A DNA stretch of 44,693 nt from Raillietiella orientalis (Eukaryota), in assembly GCA_036172245.1 (NCBI GenBank), contig JAYWIR010000026.1, forward strand, positions 2,976,001-3,020,693, read 5' to 3'. The notes under the pieces are model-generated. The model did not search any database and was not told where the DNA came from. It saw only the letters and a program-made list of their open reading frames with translations. Position 1 is the stretch's first letter, and each line of letters begins with the position of its first letter. The position numbers and the translations under genes are program-made. This document shows, piece by piece, positions 35,588-44,693 of this stretch.

Positions 35588-38500
35588 GAGAGCGGACAGG
35601 CTTTTGTTTCGCTCTTGAGCGTTTGTGGTTTTATTTTTTTTTCTTTTTTTTCATGGTGTGCCAGTGGATTCGGTGGTGGCTAGGCAGCAATGCCTGGGAC
35701 CACCACCAATGTTAAGGAGGGGGCGACGTCTATGTCGCCTCCTGAATCAATGGATGTGGGGGCAACCGCCCCCACAGAAGCGACTCCCTCGCTAGGGAGA
35801 AGCTGGAGTTCCGTGGCTGCGGCGCCAACGCAAGCGGCTGCGGCTGAATTAAAAGCCTACCTGAAGGTGGGGTACAATCCCCCTCTACTCTACAAAATAG
35901 GCAACCTTTACTCCTTTAATAGTGCACGCGCTTTCTCGAAAGCGATGCACTCCTTCAAAGTACCACAGGAGGAGCTCTTGGCGATGACCATCAGGAGTGG
36001 TGGACAGTACGTTGAGGTGATTTGCAAAGAAGCAAGTCTTGCCCGACGTTTGCTCCGTACACCTGTTCCTTTAGGAAATCGCCAGCCCTCCCCTTCAGGG
36101 AGGATAGACCTATCGTGATCCACCTCCTCGGAATAACCTTCCGGATGGCCGAAGAGGCTGTCCGAAGAAAACTAGTTAAATTTGGAACTGTCCACGCGTT
36201 GTGGAAAAGGCCTACTCCGTTTTGGGTGTACGATCTCCTGAATTCCGGTATGGCTTCCGCGCGCATCACGGTCCGCGCGGGTTGCTCCCTACCTAACAAG
36301 CTGGAGATCAACGGCGAACCCGTTGACATCTGGTATGTCGGTAAGCCGCATTTCTGCGGGAATTGCAGCACTTCAGGTCACCTGAAAAAAAGATTCCTTC
36401 ACTTTCAGTGCAAGCAATGCAAGCAATCCAGGCACACACTTCCAGTGTGCACATAAAATGAAGTCCGCGTCGCGTCCGCACGGAATGCGAAGAAGCGCGC
36501 GGCGAGAAAAAGACGCATTCAGGCAGCCCAAGAGAGAGCTGCCTCTCGAAAAACAACTATCGTGCTCCAGGTGAAGGTCAGCTAAGAGATCTTGGATAAC
36601 TCGGACAAGGTCGAGGAGAACGGCCAGGAACCTGGATGGCAGGTAGTGAATACCAAGAGGCAGAAAAGCCTTAAGGAATCAAAAAAAAATGTCGCAAAAC
36701 GCAGCGAGAATTTGCCGCGTCGCGAAAATATCAAATGCTGCTCTGTCGTCATCAAGCGCATTCCTGCGGTCGAAAAGAGCGGCAAAAATGCACTCGTCGC
36801 TGCCGACTCTCAGCCCTCCGGCAAATTAAAGCCGGAAGCTATCGACCCGGCGGAGGCGTTCGTCGTCGAACGCATGCTCGACGACGTCGCCTTTGAGCGA
36901 GCGGCGTAGGAGCTCGCTGCGTCCTTGCAGCATCCCCTTAAATCCTCGAAAAAGGCCTTAAGGCGTCCGACCTCGATCAAGAAGTCGGAGATTCCGAACT
37001 CTGACGCAGAGGCGGAAAACACAGCCTGCGGCATCGCGTCCTCCCGCCCGAAGGCCAATCGCACGAAGAAGGCTACCCGCAAAATTATCCAGTCCGTGGA
37101 AAAGGAAGAGATAATTGAGGGAAGCGAGCGTGCGAATAAAGTGGGGAACTCCGGGGACTCTCCTCGAGAGGTAACTTCACGCTGTGACCCCGGAGGGAGG
37201 GAAGGGTAGAGTCTCTGCCCCAGATGCTTCAAGTGCCTGAGATGGCCGCGGTACACTTACTCGTCCCTCCCACGTGTCCGTTGACGTGCTGCAACGCCAC
37301 GTTCCCAGCCTTAATACCGGGAATAGCCTCTTGCCGCCGTCTGCGAATTGCCTGTTGGAACGTCAACGGGAGAAGCGAACACGGCAAGAGACGAGACGTG
37401 GCCCCCACCCTGGCATCGTTCGACCTGGTGCTGCTGCAAGAGATCCACGTGATCTCCGCAGATCAAGCAACGGAGATCGAGCGTATCTCAAGTGGACGGC
37501 TGCTGTGGCGTTGCGGCACCGTTAAATCTTGCGGTGTCGCGTTCCTGCTTCGTCCAGCTGTTGAGGCTGCGGCAAAGGGCGTACGGTTCAACAGTGCAGG
37601 TCGCGTCGAGCAGTTGACCATCAGGTGGTCCGACTCCATCGATCTGGACATAACCAAAGTGTACGCCCCTAGCGGCAGGGACGCGCAAAGGGCAAAGGCA
37701 AGGAGAAATTTCTTCCTTACCCTGAAACGCGAATACCTGGACGAAGCGGGAGTGCGCAAAGCGCAAGTAATCGCAGGTGACTTTAACCTGCGCCTGCTGT
37801 CAGGTGCGTCCGACACAGTTCGGGACCGCGTGAACGAGCTGTACGCAGAGATGCGCACACGCAACTTGTTTGCGGGAGATCCGGAAATGGCCGACAGCAT
37901 AGATCACGTGTTTCTTGACCAGCACCTATGCTCACGCGTGGGCAGGCGCGGCAAGTTACCGTCGGAACTGTCGGACCATGACCGGATCGTACTCGAGGTG
38001 CGCCCACGCGATAGGGGTCCGCCGTCATCTGCGTGGCGCTTACCGGGGGACTGGCTGAAACTTACGGAAGCCGCGGATTATCTCCGCGTATTCATACGAG
38101 GTTTCAGCTTGCAGACGCTTCAGGAATGGGACCGCTTCAAGCAATCGGTCCGGAATTTTTGCGACGAGTTCCTTATGAACCTCCTGCCTGCCGGGTTTGG
38201 TGAAAGCGTGCGTAACGAGAGATGGTATTTACAATCTCGATGTTACGCGCGAACACCAGACGTACGCAGGCTAGCCGAATACAGTGCGGGAGCCGAGAGG
38301 CAGGCGTGGCAATCCGGGTCGGCCAGCTTACTGGACGACCAGGGTTCGGAGCACTCGGCCCCCGCCCAGGTAAAAGGCTTATTAAAAAAATTCTATTCCT
38401 CCCTGTACGCGCGCGCTCCACCAACGGGATGTCTCGCGACTCCTTCTTCCGGAAGGCGCTTTGGCAATCGGGGAGGAAGATAGAAAGACCCTCGACGAGC

Positions 38501-41116
38501 CTTTCACGATGGGCGAGATCATCTCGGCCATCGGAAAGCTCAAGAGGCGGAAGGCTCCAGGGGATGACGGCCTGCCAGCGGAATTTTTTCAATGTTTCGC
38601 GGCAGAGCTCACTCCTCTGGTGAAGAAACTCACCTTGCTGTTCCGCGAAACGGGCGACGTCCCCGCCTCGTTTCGTTCGACAAATGTGCGTCTCCTCCCT
38701 AAGGGAGGAGACCTTCGGAGCATGAGCAACTGGCGGCCGATTACCGTGATAAACGCGGACGCCAAGTTGCTGGCGAAATTGTGAGCTGAACGCCTGGGGC
38801 GGTTAGCGAAAAGCTTCATTAGCCCGGAGCAGACATATGCTGTTCCCGGGCGGAGCATGAATGCCAACCTGTTCCTCGCAAGCACCTTTTTCGCGCTCGA
38901 ACAGGAAAAGTTCAGGATGGGCGACCGGACTTCCGGAATGTCCGCCGCTAGGAAACGGGATGGTTGGGGGGAAAGGGAGCCCTCGCAGTCGCAGTCGATT
39001 TGCATAAAGCATTCGACTGTGTCGACCAGATGCTCCTCCTGGAGCTCCTGGAACGCTTGGGCTTCCCGGTCTCTTTGCTGACATACCTGCGATCCTGCTG
39101 GCGCAACGCGCTCATCCAGATTTTTTCAGTGGACACACCCTGCTCGGCGTACCTGTGCGACGTGGCATACGGCAGGGAGACAGCGTGAGTCCCTTGCTCT
39201 TCAGTACCTACTCCGAGTTGGTACTGAGAGCGTACAGGGAGACTCTAGCGCAACTGCCGCGCGACTATCCCGGTACGCCCACGGTGTCAGCATATGCGGA
39301 CGACCTACTGCTGCTGCTCCCTATGTCCACTTCGGCATCGGCGGTCGAGGAGTTCTTCGACCTGCTAAGTCGGGGAACCGGGCTTGAGGTGAACAGGGCG
39401 AAGTCGTCTGTCATGCCAATCGGTGCGGCGTGGGCAGGGCAGCCGGACTGGGTCCGTTTAAGGATCGTCACGGTACGGTACTTAAAGTACCTCGGTGTAC
39501 CCATGGGTGATTATCTCCCTTCGGATGCGTGGTCCAGCTGCCTTCAAAATTTAGAGACGGCGATCGGCCCGTTCCATGGACTCAGGTTTTTTCTGCCGGA
39601 ACGGACCGCGGTGTGGAACGCATTCGTGGCGCCTCTCCTCTGTTCCCTGCTTTTTGTTTGTCCCCCCACCACAGAGACTAAAAAGCGGACGAAGGACCTC
39701 CTAAGGATTGCCCTGTGAGGTAATGGGAGGGCTCGAGTCCGTCTTGAGGACTTGAGCGCTCCGCGTCGGGACGGCGGTCTCGGCCTCCTGACGCTAGAGC
39801 GGCTGGAGCTCCAGCTCCAGTTTGGGTTACTCGCCCTAGTGGCGAAATATTGGAGTAGCAGTTGGTGCGAGCCCGCACGTCTCCTCGTCGAGCAGGCTAC
39901 AGGCAAGGTGGGACTGTCTTCCTTCCTTGCGCTCCGTCGGTGCCGCTAAGTCGGTCACTGCGGTTTGCAGCTACGGAGAGTGGCTGACCTGATGAGGAAG
40001 AACGCAGGATGGCTCTGCTGTCGCCCCGTTAACGGACCTGCATGGCTGCAGGAAACGGTTCAGACGTGGGCGAGGAGCAACCAGCAACGCACCCAAGAAG
40101 GGCAGAGACAATTCTTCCCCGTAATTACCGCCTGACGCTCCGGAAGGTCCTGGAGAACCCCCAAAAACGAGCGTGGGCAAGAAAAACTACCCTCGCTGCA
40201 ATGCTGTTTCCGCTCGCGGAACATTTAAACGGCAACAGTGCTGCGAAATGGGATGTTTTCGTAAAAATCTCCGGTACGGAGAAAAAGATCGGAGAATGAA
40301 ATCGGGAATTCTCTGCGATACCGCGGCCCGGACTACCACCCCTATTAAACTTTTGCGCTAGGGCGAGCTGCAAAATGTTCCGCGCGAGCAATTAAAGTGG
40401 CCCCGGTGCTGATGATTTCCACCCTCCCCTTAAAATGGCAGGAGCCGGCGCTCTTGTCGCTGCATTGAGGACTCCCCTACAACGCCCGCCGACACCATTG
40501 GACCTGGGAAGCGGTGAGCCCTAATTGTGCGAGGTGTGGAGAACGGGAGTCCCTCACGCACCTCCTTTTGGATTGTGTGGCTCTTCGGCCCCTTTGGAAC
40601 CGTTTTGCCGCGGCAATCGGTAACCCCTGTGGCAACCCCAGAGACGCAATCAGATCCCTCTTCGTTTGCGACGTCCTTCGTCCCTCGGCCGCGTTAGCAG
40701 CTCTGTGCTGCTTTCGCGGGATCGTCGCTGCATGGAGCAAAGCAACGGGAGGACCTCGCGATAAGGGTGCCGTCCAGTGCGCAGCCGAATTTATGCGAAC
40801 GGCGACAGGATGGGCCCATCTGGAATCAAACATCCAAAAACAGCTTGCCGGCATCCTGCAAAGGATGTAACGGCCCCACAGCAGACTGTGATCCCTTCCC
40901 GTGCTCCCCAGATCTTGATATTATATATTTTTTTTTTTTGTTTAATTTTTTGTTTTGTCCTTGGCCCCTCTGCTGTCGTGATGGACCGTGCCGGAATACG
41001 AACCGGTGAGCCGGCAGGCTTAATTTTGTATACCAGTGCGTCGCCGGACCACCTGGTCAGACACCAACGTTTGTTTTATCCTAAAGAATAAACGCCCCCA
41101 CGCAACCGGGTGAAAA
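35588..41116 (+). mobile_element. Element G: full-length decayed L1/Tx1-like copy, 6-bp TSD
   Basis: TCGAGC at 35582-35587 and 41117-41122; starts GAGAGCGGAC; ORF1 from 35690; ORF2 ~37314-40891 with many stops; 3' AATAAACGCCCCCACGCAACCGGGTGAAAA. Confidence 0.9.
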
Positions 41117-41149
41117 TCGAGCTCACTTATAACAAAGCCAAGGAGGTAC

Positions 41150-43297
41150 ATATGCCGGGGCATTTATTATTCTAATTTTTTACAAAAATTTGATAATAAA
41201 GTCTTTAAAAAGATGTTTTCTGTATGGAAACACTGGGTTCTCCCATCTCGATCGACGTGTCGGTTGCCGGTGCATAGACCGGTTAGGTCCATTCCCGAGG
41301 CGCATGGGAAGGGAAAACTAGAACAAAAACAAACAAAAAGAGAGATAACGGCAAAAGAAACAGTTCTATGGGGAGAAAGGGGGACAGGGAAGGGATCACT
41401 GGGCGCCTGGGTCGGCCCTGCGCATCCCGTTAAGGATGCAGTCAAGTTCGGTTTTTATTGTGAAAGGTAGACGCCACGTTGTCGCAGTCTCTAAAGAGAT
41501 CGTCGTCCAGTATATGAAGTCCCTGCATCTTGAGCCTCTTCTTCTGGTGTGCCACCTTTGCACAATGCCGCGCACGAAGCAGAGGACTGCTAGAGACGCA
41601 GCGGGGCGCAGGCCGTCACGCAGAAAGAGGCGACGGTAAATTTCCTCAGGGTCAACTACTGGAACATGGAGGATTGGGGCGATTCGACTCCACAGTCCAT
41701 CAAGGGCAACACACTCCAGGGTGAGATGCGGGAAGGTTCCTCATTCTCCGCACTCGACACAGCGGGCATCCACATTCCCCAGTGTCCAGTGACACAGCCG
41801 TGCTCTGCTTAACAGTCCCCAGTGCAGAAATAGCAACGCCGTTTCCTGCCACTTCAACGGGAGTCTGCCGCAATCCCAACACGCTGGGGGCCACTTCACC
41901 TCCTCCGAAGGTATTGCGAGCAGCTCTCCCCAGCGCGCAAGTCCGTGAGGCGGGACGCTCGAAGTGGCAGCGTCCGTGAGCTCCCGAGTCGTCTATGCCT
42001 TTAAAGGTTTTCTCCTGCCTCGGATGAAGCAGGACACTTCCCACGATGCCCGCTCGTTGTTGCTCCTAGTGTTTTTTAGAAAAGACAGAACGAAGGCAAG
42101 GGGGCTGAAAGAAGCCCACAGAAACTTCCAGCGTGTTCATAATATTCTGCAGCGGCTTACGAGCGTACGGTCCTCGTCGTAGGCAGTTGTATTCCGCCTC
42201 GCTCGTGCCGTTGATCTTAGCCTACGCGGAAGCTGACTCCTGGAGCCAGGCAGTGCAGTTCGCGGGAAGGCAGGAGATCCAGGTATTCTCTCTCGTCAGG
42301 GCGACCATCTGGCGCAAATCGGGGCCACAGTTGGATAGGCTGCGCTGCTAGGCCACGAGGATCGAGGACAATCCTTCGCAGCCGGTCGCTATTCTGGCGA
42401 GGAGCCGTGCCGGATCGCACCATGGCGTCATCCTTAAGCTAGCCGCAAGGGCTAACTTTCGAATTGTTGTTTGTAGTTGGATGCGCTCAAACGTGACGAG
42501 GCCAAAGCCACCATCCCTGCGTGCAGCGCACAAGCCTTTCAATCGGACTGGCGACCTCGCTGTGCCCCAAAGGGCGGTCCTCAAGAGGGCTTTGATCCGT
42601 CTCCGTATGATGAGAGAGGCGGGGCAAACAAAAAGTGAGGGGCGAAGGAGGGGGGCCGCGAACGCGTGCCACATTGCGGCCCGCTCCTGCAAGTAAAACT
42701 TGCTTTTCCGAAACAAGCCGATCGCCAACTCCACCTTTTGGAGATGGTCGGACCAGGCTTCTGCAAAGCAGAAGTCCCCCAACGAAACGCAAGGTACTTC
42801 AAGCACCTGCCCGTGGGGATCCCCAAGCGGATCCAGTCCGGCCGTCCGGCTTACGCCGTATTGTTTAAAAGTAGTGGTGATGTTCCAACGATGAAAGATT
42901 TCTCTCGAATCACCTCGAGGCCCTTCCCGCGGCGCAGCAACTCAAAGAAATCTTCGATCGCCGACGCCGGGGTGGACTCGGGGAGTAGGAACAGAAGGTC
43001 GTCGGCGTAGGCCGACACGGCAGGCGTGCCTGCACACGAGCTTGGCAGGGTTGCCTCAGTCTCCCTGTGTGCCCTCGGCACCAGCTCGAAGTAGATGCTG
43101 AAGAGCAAGGGGCTCACACTGTCACCCTGCCTTATGCCACGGCGAACCGGCTCGCCGTACATGTGTCGGCCGCTAAAAGAGATGTTCATTAGAGCGAAGC
43201 GCCAGGAGGGGCGCAGGTAAGCCCGGAAGACGGCCGGGAATAACAAGCATTCCAAGAGCTCCAGAAGGAGTTCCGGGTCGACGCAATCGAACGCTTT
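41150..43297 (-). mobile_element. Element I: E-subfamily copy (RT from KAFD to 3' UTR) with the terminal hairpin cut in half
   Basis: Closely similar to E 33175-35321 in inverted orientation; ends AATAAATGCCCCGGCATAT; ORF2 stop 41396-41398. Confidence 0.9.
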
Positions 43298-44693
43298 ACG
43301 TCGGCTACAGCCGACGTGTTTCCTCGGTGCTCCTTGTGCCGGGAACCGTCTCTAGGTGTAGGATTCGTGTGTGGTGGTGGTCGATCACGCAGCAATGCTT
43401 GACACGACCACCAGTGCGTGTCAGGGGGCGGTGGCAACGTCGCCTCCTGAAGAAATGGAGTGCCACGTGGCGGCGGCAACTTCGCCTATAGAGAAGGTGG
43501 AGTGCCAGGAGGCGGCGGCAACGTCGCCTTCAGTGGCGAAGGAGGTGGGGGCGTTCTCCCCCACAAAACCGTTCCCCGCTGCAGCGCGGGAGTGGAGCGC
43601 CCTCGTGTCGGCGCCATCGCCTGCAGCCGCGGCGCAATTATCTGCCTATGTGGAAGAGGGGTATAACCCATCACTATTCTACAAGGTAGGAAATTTGTAT
43701 TCTGCTGAGAGTGCGCGCGCCTTCCCGAAGGGGATGCGCGCTCTCGATGTTAAAGAGGAGGAGCTCTGCGCTATGACCATTCGTAGCGGGGGGGCAGTAC
43801 GTAGAGGTGATCTGCAAACATGCAGATCTGGCCCAACGTCTGCTGAAAACCCCCGTGGTAATGGAGACACGCATGCTCCTTCCCGTTACGGCGGACCACA
43901 GTATGGTGGTCCACCTTTTAGAAGTTACCGCGCGGATTCGCAAAGAACAGTTACGCGCCGCGTTGGGAAAAGAAGGCACGGTCCATGCAGTATATACCAA
44001 GTCCAGTCCTTTCGAGGACTATACCACAGTTCAGTGCGGCCTCACTGCTGGCCGTGTAACCGTTCGGAAGGGCTCTACTCTTCCCCACAAACTAATGGTC
44101 GGAGGAGAAAGCGTCGACCTCTGGTACGTGGGGAAGCACAAATACTGTGGCTTCTGCAACACGTCGAGACACCTCAAAAGGAGGTGCCCCAACGTACAGT
44201 GCCTGGTATGCGGGACAATGGGCCACACAAAGGAAGTGTGTCCACAATCCGCTGTGCGCGTGGTTTCCGCGAGGAACCTTAAAAAACGAGCGCCGCTGCT
44301 ACAGAAAAAACTGGCGGCGAAGGCTGCCGCTCGAGCTGTGCCACCCACTCCCGTGGTACAGGGCTCAACCGACACTCCGGCAACGAATGTCGAAAAGATC
44401 GACAAAAGTGGTCAGGTGTCGGAATCGAAAGAAGTCACAGCGAAAAAGAAAAAAAAGACGAAGAAAAAACGACAAATTGAAAAAAAGCTCGCCTACCAAA
44501 ATAAAAAACAGCAGGTTAGCGAGAATTTAAAAGAATGCAGCGTCCTCGTTGAGCGCGTCCCCGCCGAACGCCGCAAGGTAGAAATCGCTGCTACCGACAA
44601 GCAAACCACTGTTGAAAATGGCAACAGCGTGGGGATCGAACCGGCGGAAGCGTCCGTCATCGAGACCGTGACCGATGACGCCGCCTTCGAGCG
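43298..44693 (+). mobile_element. Element J: 5' end and frameshifted ORF1, runs off the right edge
   Basis: 5' CCGACGTGTTT; WSALVSAPS...GYNPSLFYKVGNLYS; LPHKL...VDLWYVGKHKYCGFCNTSRHLKRRCPNVQCLVCGTMGHTKEVCP. Confidence 0.85.
43415..43545 (+). repeat. ~42-bp (14-aa) tandem repeat x3 at the J ORF1 N-terminus
   Basis: CQGAVATSPPEEME / CHVAAATSPIEKVE / CQEAAATSPSVAKE. Confidence 0.75.

Noticed and set aside
38780..40470. Several TGG>TGA/TAG stops in G as deaminase editing
   Set aside because: ORF2 is Trp-rich and these are ordinary transition routes to stops; I could not count strand-biased G>A changes
1..44693. Prokaryotic RT systems (group II intron, retron, DGR) or CRISPR
   Set aside because: The RTs are flanked by APE, zf-RVT and CCHC ORF1, or by C2H2 fingers, with AATAAA signals; no repeat-spacer array was seen

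Overview
Eukaryotic repeat-dense window with no recognisable host gene. 1-~3800 (-) is a decayed R2/NeSL(Utopia)-like non-LTR retrotransposon (C2H2 fingers, a ~98-aa repeat, RT with YADD) that runs off the left edge. From ~6.4 kb to the right edge lies a nest of at least ten L1/Tx1-clade LINE copies from several related subfamilies (ORF1 with RRM-like region plus two CCHC knuckles; ORF2 APE-RT-zf-RVT). My labels: H (6378-7592,-), F (7593-11590,-), D (host, +, split into 11590-12033 and 29270-29685), A (12034-23606,-, interrupted by B), B (15384-21287,-, TSD GATTGAAAT), C (23617-29269,-, near intact), E (29711-35332,+), K (B-like host scraps, -), G (35588-41116,+, TSD TCGAGC), I (41150-43297,-) and J (43298-end,+). 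Main observations: the elements insert into each other's ORF2, mostly antisense, and twice at one site. All 3' ends are AATAAA plus a GC hairpin with no poly(A) tail, preceded by a structured 3' UTR. 5' ends carry a GGACGTG motif. ORF1/ORF2 coupling differs by subfamily (TAATG stop-start versus an AUG-less -1 overlap). An apparent ~11.5-kb inversion breaks inside a terminal hairpin. Boundaries were read by eye and no database searches were run.
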